Positions 14,401-29,246 of a stretch of 64,000 bases of DNA are shown piece after piece. Each line of letters begins with the position of its first letter. Positions within the stretch are counted from its first letter, which is position 1. Below the pieces are notes generated by a model that was given only the letters and a program-made list of their open reading frames with translations, did no database searches and was not told where the DNA came from. A program made the translations under genes and the position numbers. Location of the stretch: the NCBI GenBank assembly GCA_012295275.1, contig CM022673.1, positions 4,588,001 to 4,652,000 on the forward strand, read 5' to 3'. Origin of the DNA: Chrysomallon squamiferum (Eukaryota > Animalia > Mollusca).

Positions 14401-16627
14401 ATTAAAAGCTGCAATATGTTGTGGGGGATTTTTTTTTTGATCATTTTTACATCTATGAGAAGGTGTGTTAAAAAATATCCTTTGCTGCTATGTGTAGCAC
14501 TTTATATGGCATAAGTGGATTTCTTCTTTCATTCTTATATAGTTCTTAACAATCTCGTACTTTAGGATTTTAAAATATGTTGCTCATTGTTAAATGAAAT
14601 AATTTTTGTTGAAGAATAAAAGCTATTTCAGTCTATCATATGATTCCTCAGTTTGCAAACAAGACCTAAAAAATGTAAAATACATCATTATTAAGATTTT
14701 ACCTTTTCTTTTTTTTTTTCCTCTCTCTCATTCTCTCTGTTTGTAATGGAGTTTTCTATACAGTTTTTGTTTGCTTATTAATTCTGTTGTAATGCTGTTG
14801 CCTGTAGAGTGACAGATAAAGTGAATATTTCTTGAATTGAAATGAGTATCTGCCTGGAGGATGAATAGTATTATTAGATGTTAGGTTATTTTTCACTTTC
14901 ACTGGAAACATGGACTGTTGATTGTTCTTGTGTACATAGAGCTTTTTGTCCTATTTGTGATAATAAAAGAATACTAGCTTGTAAAATAAGAACTGTGCCT
15001 GAAGGATATTACATCTCTGTATCTTTGTGCTGCAAACACACACTGGATATTACTTTATTCTAGATGTTTTTGTAAAAATGTAATTACTATTATTATTATT
15101 ATTCTTTCTTTCTTTCTTTTCTTCTTCTTCTTCTTCTTCTTTTTATGATGAATGTATTTATTTTTTTTAAATTATAAAAGAAACCTTGCTTGGAAAATGA
15201 AAGATTTCTGTCAAAATTATACTTTTTCTGAGGTTCAGATTCCATATTGCATATGTCATTATTTTTTAAATTATTTTTTTTCTCTCTCTCTTTTTCTAGT
15301 AACAGAATTATTTTTATTTATTTATTTATTATTTTAAAAATAATTTCTGATATGGAAATAATTCAGACCGATGTTTTGACAAGTATAATAAAAAAAAACT
15401 TGCTAAAAAAAAAAATAATACAAGTTTTGTATCTAAATTATGGTCCATTTTACAGTTACATTTTATTTGGTATATTAGGTTGTTTTTGTTTTTTCATTTC
15501 ACTAAACATAAGAGATACCTTCTTTTGGTTCAAATATGAGATATTTTTTCTTTTTAACTTCTTGATCAAAGTAGGACAAGAAAAATTGTTTCTGTTCTAA
15601 ACTATGACACATTAAAAAGTTCAGATCTTCTAGAAGTAATTTTGGTTAAAGAAAGTTCTGTAAATTATATTTGTTTGATGTTTATGATTTGCAAGAGTTT
15701 TCAGATTATATACTTACACTTAGATTAAAAGAAAAACAAATTTGAAAAAAATAAAGAATTAAAAGAAAATAGGTAATAATAAATAGCTGCACAAGAAAAA
15801 AAAAAAAATAGGAATAAATGTCTCTGGATATCATCAAATGATGATGACTTATTTTTCAAGGATATTTCTTTTCCTTAATTTTCTTTTCATATTTTTCTTC
15901 TTTTTATTGTCATTTCATTATTATGTTTTCTTCTTTTATTATTATTGTATATTTTTTATTTTCAATTTCTCCATTACTTTTTTATGCATTTACTTTTTTA
16001 TTGATATGTTTCTTCTTTCTTGTTATTTTCTTCTTTAATTTTATTTTCATCTGCTTTATTAATATTACTAATATATTTTATTTTTATTTTTTCCTCGTCT
16101 TTAATTATATTTTCATCTATATTATCATTATTATTTTTATTATTATTATTATTATTACTAATGTATTTTTTCTTTCTTTCTTTCTTCTTTTTCTTCTTTG
16201 TCTTTCTTAAATTCTCATCTTTAATTCTATTTTTCATCTACTTTATTACTCTTCCCAGTTTTCTTCTCTTGCCTGGCTAACAACATGACAGGATGGATGT
16301 AACAACTGACAGAAGGTTTTGCTGCTTTGACACACCAGTATTTGCTTTGTCACTTGTCAAATCTTCAATTTTTGTTTTCACCTCATAAAGGTTGTCTTGC
16401 AATCAATACATATGACAGCCATAATAATCATAATGTACAGGCAGAATTGATTCCTTAACTTCCTTACTTCCTCTGTATTATTATTTTTATTATTATTATT
16501 AACTTCTTTATAACATGCCGCGTCTGGGTTTGTATGACATGGGCTGTAAAAGCCTTAATGAGTTTGATATTTAACACTTTCAGATACTGTGTATCCTTTC
16601 CTGTATCAGCGAAGCTTGCATTTAAAA

Positions 16628-16948
16628 GATCCCTTGCTGCAGATCACATTTATTAGATGTTCTTTCCCCATGCTTTGAGATAATGCAAAAAAAAAGATCT
16701 CTTGCTGCAGATCAGTATTATCAAATGTAGTTTCCCACTTTTGGGATAATGCAAAATGATGTCTTGCAGCAGATTAGTATTGCGAAATATAAGTTGCCAT
16801 TTTGGGGATAATGCAAAAATAACCCTTGCTGTGGTTCAGTCTTACAAAATGTAATTTCTGATGTTTGGGATAATATGAAAAGAAACTTTGCAGTGGATTA
16901 GTATTATGAAGTGTAAGTTGCCGTTTTTGGAATAATGCAGAAAGATCC
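16628..16948 (+). repeat. Diverged ~62-bp tandem repeat, 5 copies
   Basis: Recurring GATC.CTTGCTGCAGATCAGTATT...TTTGGGATAATGCAAAA. Confidence 0.85.
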
Positions 16949-17885
16949 AAACATATATATATATTATATATATATCTGTATATATATATCTACAGATTTG
17001 AGACCTGATTACTGTTAGTACTGAGATGAGTTGAGGTGTTGGTAAATGTAATATTTATTCATCTATAATGGATGTGGTAAAACACTGTTCATCAGTCTGG
17101 CTGCACACTGCATTCAGTATTTAAGATGATTTAATTATTTCTGATACAAGAGAAACCTGTTTAATGGTCTGGAGACATAATACATTTCACTCAATTATCC
17201 TTTTTATAGATATAGTTATATATAGACATAAATATATAAACATATATGTGCAGAAACAACACACACATATAAATTATAAGTCCATGTTTTTAATTAACTT
17301 TAAAAATATATATTTTTCAATTTGTAACAACATGTTTATTCTGCAATACAAAAATCAATTTTTTGACATATATTTACACATTATAAGACGTTTTAATATA
17401 ACTTATAAGGCTTTGTCTTAAAGTAATTATGCATTATATAATTACTTTTTTCAGTTTATATTATTAGACTGTTATAAAACTTTTTTCAATATAATTATAA
17501 AACATTCATTTAAATTCATCCTTGCAGTGTCCTTTCAGTTGTCATTATTAGTCCATTTTTCAGCTTAAATATTATAATTTTTACTTTAATTATGTAATAA
17601 TTTTAATTTCATTTTTTATTTTATAAGACTATTTTTTTCAATGTCATAATTAGGCTTTTTTTTACTCTAATTTTACTCTAAAAAATAAACATAATATTAA
17701 AATTATAATTACCTTATTAGACATTTTTGACTATAATTAAAATTTTATAATTTTAATATCATCTTTATTTTATAAGACCATCTTTCCAGATTTAATTATA
17801 AGACAGTTTTTTCAGCATGAATTATAAGTTCATCCAGTACACTGATATCTGCTTTATTTAGATTTTGTCTCAAAGAATTTTTAAT

Positions 17886-17917
<32 letters not shown>

Positions 17918-18618
17918 GTGTGTGTGTGTGGGTATGTAGGGGGGAAAGGCGAGAATAAAGGTTACGACCCCAGAGATTTTTATCACCGTGTAATTTCACA
18001 GTTACTGCACATCATTAGGTTGTTCTTCATTTGAAAGGAGCGGAAACCTGATGGAAATTACATGCACTGTTGAACATTATTGATTCTTGATTTCAAGACT
18101 TCGTGAATGGTGTCTGTGAAGCTATCAGTTAAGAAAAAAAAAAGAAAGGGATGAGAGAGAAAAAAAAGGAAACAAAGATAGTTTTAATCAAATAGTTAAT
18201 AGGACCAATTGTCGACAAACGGGGTTTTTAGGAATCAATTTCTTCCTCATCAGTGCGATTGTAATCACTCAGTATTTTCATTTGTGAAATTTTATATCAG
18301 TTTCAGCACTGACAGGGTTTTTTTTGTAGCAAAGTCAAAACAAATATATGTTTTAAAATTGATTTAGTGTCGAAGAAGAAATGTTTGAAAAGGATTATAT
18401 TGTGTAAGCAGTTTTATTTATTTTCTAGCCATTTTACTATTTTTCACTATTTCGGACCATTTAGAAGTGTAGCTCGTAACGAGAAAATCTATTAGTGATT
18501 AGAAAATTATTATTGTTATTATTTTAAAGAAACAAAACATTATTGACTTTTTTACTGCAGCATCAACCATGAATTTTTATATACTGTTTTTGTTACACTC
18601 CAAAAATAAAGATAATAG

Positions 18619-18655
<37 letters not shown>

Positions 18656-21179
18656 TATTGTCCCCATTATTCTATAACCTATCCCAGACTGAGATCTTTT
18701 ATCTTCTTTATGTTCCCTGACCTCCTGAATTCAGATTATGATTTATTTTTTGATACTGTCCATTTTACCACAGAGCATTCCTTTCCAAACACAGGCAGCA
18801 GATTAGTGTCCTTATTATCAAATTAAAATATTCAGTCTAATGAGGGATAGCATCAAAGCTTTACTTTATCATATTGATTGCCTTCCTAAAACCCATATGG
18901 TCAGTATTTTCAGAGTCATTGTCCACAGTGGTAATTGTTTAATTCCAGACAAAACTCTCCTCTTCTTGATAAGGCTCTCCTCCTTGCCCATTTCTGGCAG
19001 ACCCATGAAGCAAATAAACAAGGCTTATCTTTCCTTCGGTGACCATATCTGCAAATATTAACTCTTTATTGGTGGTTTATGAGATTCTCAGTTTCTCAGT
19101 TTCTCATCATAAAGTTATCTTTCTGTTGTTGTGTGTTGTTGGTAACTGTCTGATGCTGTTAATAACTAAACACAGGGTTTTTTTGTAATTATTTTTCCTT
19201 TGTTAGTTTTTTTTTTTTTTTTTTATTTAGCTTGTGCTGTTTTTCTATCTTAGTGTTTTTTATTTTGAATCTGGAGGATTAAATATATATCTACATTTAT
19301 GCATAGTGAGATACAGATACATTTATGCATGTAGTTTATACATATAAACATGAACATATGAATGTATATTTGTACATGTAAGTGTATCTGTATACAAATA
19401 CATACATACATAAACACACAAAAACATTCAAATATATATACATGTATATAATCACTTACAAAATACACATTCTTTGCATAACTTGTTCAAAACATTACAA
19501 AATAATTTTTCATCTGAAATCATTTTTAAAAAATACTGTGAGAATCTAGTTTCAACAGTGCAGAAAGGCAACATTACAAAGGGAATTGTTAATGGAAGTT
19601 TGAGTACTTGGTTGATTGAAAATAAAACACTGTAATTGTTATGTCTTTTTTTAATTATTATTCATATGCTATTTCTATTTTTAAATCATTGTTTACTGAA
19701 ATACATCAAATTCTTTTTGAGGCTGTTTTTTGTTAACAAGAATTCATGTTGTTATAATTTTCTTTCAATCTTCTTTTCATTATTACTGTTTCTTACTATA
19801 TTTTTTAAGGAAAATTTAAGACTTTTATCTTTATTTTCTTTCTTTCACTGAAAGGTCATGAGACAAGATTTGATGTTCGTGTTCTTTTGTAACTTAATGC
19901 ACAGAAGAATCTGTCATTTTCCTTCAGTCATATTCATTGTTACATTTCTTTACAAAAATTAATGAAAGAAATTTTAAAAATATGTATTTTAATGGCTAAT
20001 TTTGGTTACTTGATACCTGTAGAATCATTTATAGTTTTTAATATCAGTTTAATGTAATAAATAATGTGTGTGTGTGTGTGTGTGTGTGTAATGGAGGCAT
20101 GTTATATATTTGCTCAGACAAATAAAACTGAAGATCCTTCATCGCAGGTTTCTTATGTACTTTTTTAAAAGTAGTCCTAATGTTTTGTATCTTCAAAAAA
20201 TAATAAAATGAAATAAAAATTAATAACAATAATAATAATTAGATATAATTATTATATATAAAATCTTCTTCTTCTTCTTCTTCTTCTTAATATTATTATT
20301 ATTATTTATTATTTTTAGGTAGATCTTTCTTGTTAATTTTCTGTAAGTTTTCATGTTTGTTGTTTTTCTTTAATTAAAAGGTCACAGAACAAGAATAATC
20401 TTGCAAAAATGTGTCACCACAAAAAATACATTGCATTACTGGTAATTGTTTTGGGTATACTTTCCAGGATGATTACATTTTTCAGGCTTTATTTATTATT
20501 CTTTATTTTTTCTTTTTATTCTTGAAGGTATATACAGAGATTTGTCACCAGAAATATATATATATATTTTTTGTATTACTGATGAGTGATTATATTGTTG
20601 ATTATTTTTTAATTGTGGATTGTTGGTATGGATTTAGAAGGTTTGTTAATAAAAACACCATGTAGGAAATTCTTTTACGTTTACAATCTGTGGACATTCT
20701 TCAGTAGATTTCCAAGTTGGATCTGTTTGGTTTTTAATATGATTTCTTAATTATTTTGTAACTGTTAGTTGCTTTAGAAGGTTTGGAAAGAATTCTACAG
20801 AGGTATAGTTGTGTTGTTTTTGTATTAAAAGAACCCCATCATATTGGAAATACTTTTAATTTCACAGTCAGAGGACATTTTTCAGAACATATCAGTATCC
20901 AAGATGTATCTGTTTCTTCCATGGGTTGGCTTGAAGGATTTTTTTTTATTATTATTATTCCCTTATCTTTTTTATTTCTTTTTTTTTTAATAATAATCTG
21001 AAGCACCTTGTCGCCAAGCATACGCTAGTTTGGTGACAATATTGATCACCTATTGGTCTGTGAAGCCAAAGCTGGGCAGCAGGGCACAGATCAATACGCA
21101 GGAGAGAAAGAGAGACAGAAAGAGTGAGCCTGCCTGCTTTTGCGAGAAATAAGGAAGATTCCGAGCACAGCTGGGTCTC

Positions 21180-21193
21180 GTTGCCACGACAAC
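21180..21193. promoter_or_regulatory. RFX X-box GTTGCCACGACAAC within a GC-richer island
   Basis: Two mismatches from the consensus; near CAGCTG E-boxes and CCAAT/ATTGG motifs. Confidence 0.45.
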
Positions 21194-22864
21194 CAGGAAA
21201 TCAGCTGGTTGTGCAGCTAACACTTGCCAATCAATACTGTGGTCATAGAGATTGGCGTTTTCTTTTATGAAATTGGTGATCTGTCTTGTGAGGCTGGCGA
21301 CACGGAGCATGTGTGGAGCGGAGTTGTTGTGTTACGTCGTTGCTGCTATTCACTCAATGGAATTCCAACAGGCCACCATCGCTTCCAGTTGTCTAGGTGT
21401 GTATTTTTGACCAGGTAAATCTTTTTTCTCTCTCTCTCTCTCTCTCTCGTTTACTGTGTCCACTTAAGTTTTAAGGTTTTTTTTCTTTATCTGTATGTAT
21501 TCACTACGAAATGTCTTGTCTATATTCATTCAGAATTTGTTCTATGTCCATTCAGAAATATTTGTTCTGTATTTATTTTCAAATTTATTTTCCACATTCG
21601 GTGGGAAATGTTTTTCGGTTCTGTTTTTACAGAGAAATAGTTTATCTGTATTCTTTTGGAAATATCTTATATTTCCCTGTATTCATCTGGAAATATTTGT
21701 TCTACATTTATCCACAAATATTTTTTCATCTCATATTAGTTCCAAAATGTTCTCTCTTACCAGTTGTTCTCAGTTGAGTGTATATTTAGTGTCATGTTCA
21801 GATATGCATGTATTCTGTCTCTATGAAAATTCAGTCTGAACGTATATAATTATCATCTTCAAAAGGTATGAGGAAATCTTTTGAGTTATGAAAATTCAGG
21901 AAAACTTATTCTCCTGGTATGTTTCTGCTTCTTATTTTTGTTGGTCAAATGAATATTTCTTTACAAGTTCATATTTATATTAAGAATCTTATTTTTCTTA
22001 TGGTTTTGAATTTTAAGTATTATTTTCCATATTTATCTTAAAGATTTTTTTTTTTTTTTTTATTATTATTTTTTTTTTCCTTATAGAAGATTTTCAGCAG
22101 ATTTTCATTTCATACTAAGTGAAAGATTCTGAACTTTGGAAAGTAGCACATCTGTAGAAGAACTTTTGCAAAACAATGTGCATTATCTTTTTAGTTTTAA
22201 TTAAAATTTTCTTCTTTTATGGATGTACCAGTATTATAATTTTGCCTGAAAAAATCATTTAAGAAAAAACTTAATACATTCTTCAATTTTATTCCTTCTT
22301 ACCATGTGAAAGAAAGTACTGAATTAAAAAACGGTGCCTTTAGTAGACTGAAGACTAATTAACTATAATCGTATATTAAATAGAATTATTTTTCATATCT
22401 GTTGGGATTTTTTTGTTCTTTTACTGCAAGACATGTGAAGCTTTTTGCATTTTATTAGGTTCTGTTACAGTCTATGATTAAAATATGGCTTTGTTCTTAC
22501 ATGAACCGTGTTTCTGTAGAAAATCTGTACTCAAACAGATTGCCTGATTTATTATGTTCTGTGCACAGACATGTTTAGGATCTGTTAAATAACTCTCATT
22601 GTGTCCCCAGAGAATTTGTTCCAGCCATGTTCTTCTCATTCCCTTCATATTTAAATGACTACAATAGCTAGCTCGTGGTAATATTCTACGTGGAAGTAAT
22701 ATCACTTGTTTCCTCAATTTTCCCCAATAGCTTTTTCTGCACTCACATTACTGAAGAGTCTGCTGCAGGGTCAGATAACTCTGTTGGGTCTGTTAATACA
22801 CTTTTATGGGCAGTCATATTTTAATTTAAAGTTCTGTTTATTATCATTTTAATACTGAAATTTC

Positions 22865-22896
<32 letters not shown>

Positions 22897-23691
22897 ATTT
22901 ATTTCAAGACTTTTCCTTTCCTGATAAATCTGATAATATAGGAATTACACTCTAAGTTTTTAACATATATTTACTGCACACCTTTATATACCTGCGGTTG
23001 TTACATACATAATATATAGGAATGTTTGTCATGTATTCATCATAATGGTGAAATAAGCTGATTATTTTGTATTAGTAGCTGAATCAATAAATTACTGTTT
23101 GCAGAGAAAACAACTAGAAGGATGAGTGTTTGTGTTTTGGGGATAATCCCCTGTTTCTTTTCATCTGAGGTTAGGTTAGGAAAATGATTGGAAATGTTTA
23201 CATTAATGATTGGAACTTAATGTTCTATTTTCTGTATTAATGTTGTCTTTTTATTGCATAACTTAATATTTGCCTTTGGATTTTTATTATTAATTTGTCT
23301 TTCATTTTTATAATAATTACAGATACATCATTTAATTTTATCCCATTTTATTTAGTTACAATAATTATCTTTAAAATGTCACCTTTGTGTTACAAGTATT
23401 ACAAAATAACTTCAGATTTATCTGTCTTCATATATATCTTATTCTCACTCTTTCTCTGTAACATTTTGTTATTTTTCTGCTCAACACTCTCTCTTATTCT
23501 TTATTTCATTCTTTCTCACAATGTTTTCTATCACATCCTTTTCGACTGAATTATGAAATTCTGTCAGTTTTCTTTCTGTCTCTCTTTCTCCCACCTTCTT
23601 TCTTTCCCCTCCTTCCCTTCTTTCTATCTAATCTATCTGTCTCTCACAATCCTCTTTTCCAAAGAATGATGAAATTCTGTCTGTTGGCTTT

Positions 23692-23814
<123 letters not shown>

Positions 23815-24134
23815 ATACCCCTCTGTTCCAATGAATGTTGAGATTCTGACAGTTGTCTGCCATGTACTAGCAGACCCTTGTGACTGAATGTCAACATGAG
23901 AGGCTTTGGGCCAGTGTTTGCAAACGTGATGTGTGGAAAATCTTTCTGTGCTTTCACTCTGTGTACTCTGGCTTATACAACATTGTTAAAGATGTTGATT
24001 TTTGTCTCGAAAGACCATTCACATTAGTAGCTCATAACATGCGTTCAGACTGTTAAAGGAATCAAAAAGTATCTGACTCAGATTTATAATGTTTGTTCAT
24101 TATTAGCAGTGAAATTTTTGTGTGCCTGTGTCTC

Positions 24135-24171
<37 letters not shown>

Positions 24172-24729
24172 CTCTGAGTATCTGTGTGTGTGTGTGTCCA
24201 TGATGATATGTATCTATTTATGTATGAACATAATGTGCAAGTCTGTGAAAGATATGAATAGCATTAATTTAGTATATTCAATTAATAAACTTACATTCAT
24301 GACACATCATAAAATGATTTTCAAAAAGAACCATCAACTACCTTTTTTGCACAAGTCACCTCTCCATTTAAAAGGATATACAATATTTTGAAAACCAATA
24401 ATGCTCCATTAATTCTGTTTGAAAAGGAACTTAATTTCATTCATTAAACTGACTTACTTAAATTTACAGAGTTTAAAAATTTCTTCAGGTTAATGTCTGA
24501 AGTGCTTTAACATTTTTTTTAAAACTATTAAAGCATTCATTTAAAATTTAAAAGAAGACAGATATTTTATTCACAAAGTTAATCTTGAACAAGTGTTAGT
24601 GATTCACATATATGTATTTTTTTTATTTTCTCTCTTAGAAAAAATTATGGTAAAATTACTGTTTGGACTAATGGAAAATATTCATATCACTGAAAGGATT
24701 TTAGTTGGTAATGAGTACAAGGTGACAGT

Positions 24730-25350
24730 AAGATGTCTGAAGAGCTAGTAAAGTGTCTGATAAATCAGAGCAGTGTCTGTGATGCTGGTATAGCATCCAC
24801 AATAATGTCAGTAAAGTCTCTACAAAATGTCTAGTATTTCAGTAGTGTCTACACAGTATCTAGTATTTCAGTGTAATGTCTAATATTTCAGTAAAGTGTC
24901 CACTGTCTCTAATAGTTTAGTGAAATGTCTATAAAATGTCTATACAGTGACCAATATTTCAGTAAAGTTTGCACAAACTGTCTAGTATTTCGTGAAGCAT
25001 CTACTAAATGTCAGGTACATCCACAAAGCGTCCACAAAACATATCTAATATTTCATTAAACATCTACAGAATGTCTAGTGTATTAGTAAAATGTCCACAA
25101 TGTGTCTGGTGTTTCAGCAAAATGTACATTAAAGTGTCTACAAAGTTGAAGGCTCTGAGACTGCAAGTAAGGTGCCTGTGACAGCAGTGAAGTGTCTAAC
25201 AGGTGCTAAAATGTCTGCATTATCTGCAAACCCTCACAGACATTTGTAAAATGCATGAATCATTGATGAAATCTTCAAGACACTGGCAGTGTGTCTGTCA
25301 CATCAGTAAAATATCTGAGATATTGGTAAAATGTCTGATACGTAGGTAAA
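24730..25350 (+). repeat. Degenerate short-period repeat (CAGTAAAGTGTCTA / TATTTCAGT)
   Basis: Many imperfect GTGTCTA/ATGTCTA and TTCAGTAAA units. Confidence 0.65.
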
Positions 25351-25698
25351 GTAGTTAGCTGTTAAGCAGCTTCATCAGTCTCTGTGATCTAGCACATGGA
25401 CTTTGAGAATCATACTCGAACTTGCTGTTACAATGTTCAGAGTGTATCATCCTCTAGGTAAATGATGATCAAAGAAAGAGGCAGTTATTTAATGGCCGAA
25501 TATCTCTTTGAAGTGCAGTGGATTCTGAAAACTGTTTAAAAGCTCACACTGCAAGGCTTTTCCTGTTCCAACTCTTAATACCCAGACTGGTAATTGCTGG
25601 TTTCATCTGAAGAATATTAATGTTGAGGCTCTAAGATGCATGGCCAGAGGGCTTCTTCCATCGCATTAACTCACCAGGCTTTCTTCTGGAAGGAATCA

Positions 25699-25711
25699 GT
25701 TGCTTAGCAAC
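25699..25711. promoter_or_regulatory. RFX X-box variant GTTGCTTAGCAAC
   Basis: Fits GTNRCY-N-RGYAAC (13-bp form). Confidence 0.4.
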
Positions 25712-26827
25712 ATCTTTTAGATTCTCCAGGATGTTTAAACTTTGGGAACGTGTTGGCATGGCAATAAAAGGAAGATATTTGTACTGCTTACATATACTGA
25801 AAAGGAAAATTTTATAGTAATAGTGACATTTTTGTAATTTGTTTGGTGGTTAATGCACTGGCTTGATTCAGAATGGGATTGTGAACTGCAAGTTCTAAAT
25901 TGTAAATTGTTTTATTTCATGTCAGGTAAAGATATTTAAATTAAGATTAATTTCAAAGTTAGTTGATGTATCTTTCACTTTAAATATAAAACATCGTTTT
26001 TGATTTTAAAAATTGTATGATAATTATTAATTCAGTTATGTAAAAATTTCATTTCACAACACTAACTTTAAATATAAAAGAAAAATTTCAATTTTAAACT
26101 CATTAACTGTTTGGGTTGGAAAGCTCATAACTGAACCATGATGTTTAATTATTTCATCATTAAAAGTATTATTATCCTTTTGTTCTCACTGAAATTTAAA
26201 TTGTTATTTAAATTTAAAATAAAAATGCCTGAGGTCATTAATTAAAAAACTAAAATAAACCATTTTTTAACTAAAATAAACCATTTTTTTAACTAAAATA
26301 AAACCATTTTTTTTTAACTATAACAAATTTTTGTTTAAATCAGAAATATAAAACATAAAACAAACTAAAATCTATTATTCCCTCTTTCATTTTTCAATCT
26401 TGCCAAAAAGGGATAATACTAGTAAATTTCTTAGTAAAATAAAACATTTCCACTTACCATGTTTTGTCATTTTGTTTTGTTTTTTTAAAGCTGAACTCAA
26501 ATCTTGCTATTTTCCAGTTTCAGCAATTACTGTCTTTTAAAACAGATTACTGTTATTTGGATCAGTGATTAGGCTACGTTCTGTCATGATATACAGACAA
26601 AAAAAACAACCAAAAAAAACACAAGATACAAAAAAAACATCACTATTAAATGCCTTCGAATGGGTGGTTTTATAACAATGGAAAAAAACAAAATCTGGAT
26701 TGATATTATCACGAATTAATTACAGATTTGTTACCAACTAAAAGCATCCTTCAAAGATCATGTCTGCTTTTAATATTACGACAACGATTGCAAGGAAGAT
26801 TTTATGGTTAATTAGAGTATCCGACTC

Positions 26828-26841
26828 GTTGCCATGGCAAC
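26828..26841. promoter_or_regulatory. RFX X-box, perfect palindrome GTTGCCATGGCAAC
   Basis: Exact match to the canonical 14-bp RFX consensus, inside a non-repetitive intronic island. Confidence 0.6.
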
Positions 26842-29057
26842 ATATTAGAGAACAAATTGGATTTTCGTAAGAAATATGCACTGTTATTAAATAATTCCTG
26901 CCGAATATGAAATACAAGTTGGCGATGGTAGTTTTGTAATAAATTGAAAATGAAATCCTGTCACATTTAATATGTCAGTAACATGAAATTTGTTTTTATG
27001 GTGTCTTCATGGAAAAACGAGAGTTGATTGTTTTTTTTGTTGGTTTTTTGGGGGGTTTTTAGGGTTTTTTAAAAATATTTATATAACTCTGTTCACTGTA
27101 CAAGGTTCATGTTATAATGCCCTAGCTGGATCAGACAGTGTTGTCTGTGCTATTCATAAAACATATACATCAGTTTTAAAACATGAAAAATTGCTCTCGG
27201 GAGGTATATCATTGATTTAATATGGTTTCGTATTTAATATCCCGTTTATTACATGACCAAAAGCCTTTGTTTAAAAAAAAAAAAAGTCACAGAGGGAACT
27301 GTATAAAAGACTGAGTAAATACTGAGTAAATACGTGTTTAGATCATTGATGATGAATGGTTGAAAACTGACTTTGATGTGTTAACAGTGTTATGAGAATA
27401 TCCTTTTTTGAAGTTTTCAGATGAAAAACTTGCTATTTTAATGTTGTAGGTCTTTGTGTTTCTCAAATTTTCTGTTCATTTATTTCTTGATCTCTTTGTG
27501 TGTATCAGCTTTCTGACTACTTGTGCCTGTCACTTGCTGTTTCTCTTTCATTCTTTCATTCTCTTCTTTGCCTGGTTTGTTCGTCTGTCTGTCTGACTAA
27601 TAAATTATGTCCCTGTTAACTGATAGTTATTTTATAATATTCTTGATTTAAAAGGTTTGTGAATGACTGAAAATAAGAATTTACAATTTAACTGCTAATA
27701 TTCTTACAGTTAATGTTCCACATTTTCTTTCTGTCATTTAATTTAACAAGGAAAAAACTTCCCTCTATCTCTCTTTCTTTACCTCTTTCTTTCTCTCTGT
27801 TTCTTTCATCATATCTCACTTGTTCTCATCCTTGCTCAGTCCATACATAATCCTTTCTAAGAAATAGATTTTTATTTTTTATTTCAACATCTCAGGTACC
27901 TTTTTATAGAAAGTCAAAATACAATGTTTTTATTGTTCACAAATGCATTTCTACTTAGTTTATGCATCCAAATTGCAACAGTTCTTTCCAAGATTTAAAT
28001 CTCTATAAAACATGCCAAGACATTTCCGGTGCATTTTGAACCAAACAATTATCACTCTTCATCACAGTTTGACATTTCCAGCAGTATTATTGTAGGTAAA
28101 TTGATTTACTCCATGTTTTTTTTCTCTTCTTCTTCTTCTTCATCTTCATTTTCTTCGTTTTAGCCTGCAGATCCTCATCTCCAAGCAGCTCCATAGTCTG
28201 TGAACATTTTATTAGATCACTTCTTAATTCAATTGTTGTGACATTTTTACACTCTTGCTCATGGAAGTAATGTTGCATGTCAAGGCGGCTCATGAATTAA
28301 ACATGAGAAAAGCAGATCCTTGTTAAATAATCATTGCAGTGGTGGCCATCAATAATGCAGTACAAATCTAATGACAAATTAAAATGTGGGTAATTAACCG
28401 AACCACTGCAGGGAGGTCAGAGGTCACACAGATAACACCTTGCAGAAGATGTTCTGATTCAGAAAACATTCACCTAATTGTTTTTGCATATTTTGTTAAA
28501 TTTGTGTTTGCAAAACAAGACTAAAACATGTTCAGTGACAGTGTTTTGTTTGGTTTGGTATAATATTTGTTAATGTTTATATTATGACAATGACAAAAAT
28601 AATAAAAGTTAGAGTCTTGGTTAAATTGTTTTAGGCAAGCATGAAAATAAGTTCAGTGAATATTAAATATATCTGTATACATAGAAACATACATATATAA
28701 ATACTTATTGTTTATTATACTTTATACATACGAAAAATACATGGTTATCAATAAATATATACATTTACAGATAACATCTGAACATGTATGTATATGCATA
28801 CATTCTCTTTCTCTCACACACTGACATGTCAAACTGTACAAACACAATTCTTTCTTATATTAATATATTTCATTTAAATTTCTATTTATTTATTTAACTA
28901 TACATTAAATTATTTTCTTTATTTAACTTCATATTTATTTACTTATTTATTTATTTAACTATATATTCATAAAAAAAAAAAAATTAACTACATATTTTTT
29001 TACTTATTTATTTATGTATTTACTTACTTATTTATTTACTTATTTCTTCATTCACAG

Positions 29058-29246
29058 ACCCAGGTGGAGGTAAAGAAACAGGACAACAAGTATGCTGTGT
29101 TAACTTTCATCTTTGTCGGCTGTACAGCCGGGGTCCTCCTGGGCGTGGTGGTTATCTACGTCATCCGCAGACACGCCCGGTCCAAAGAGAAACTGGCACA
29201 GCTCTCAGCCACCGGGGAAGGAAACGAAGCCTCAAAAGACTACCAG
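29058..29246 (+). CDS. PTPRN: IA-2/PTPRN transmembrane exon (TQVEVKKQDNKYAVLTFIFVGCTAGVLLGVVVIYVIRRHARSKEKLAQLSATGEGNEASKDYQ)
   Basis: ttcacag| acceptor, CAG|gtatga donor; 189 nt, phase 0-0; hydrophobic helix followed by basic RRHARSKEKL and the YQ of the YQDLC motif. Confidence 0.93.

Noticed and set aside
15838-16280. Hydrophobic F/I/L-rich ORFs (also 41675-41977, 61485-61803)
   Set aside because: Products of T-rich low-complexity sequence, without splice or homology support.
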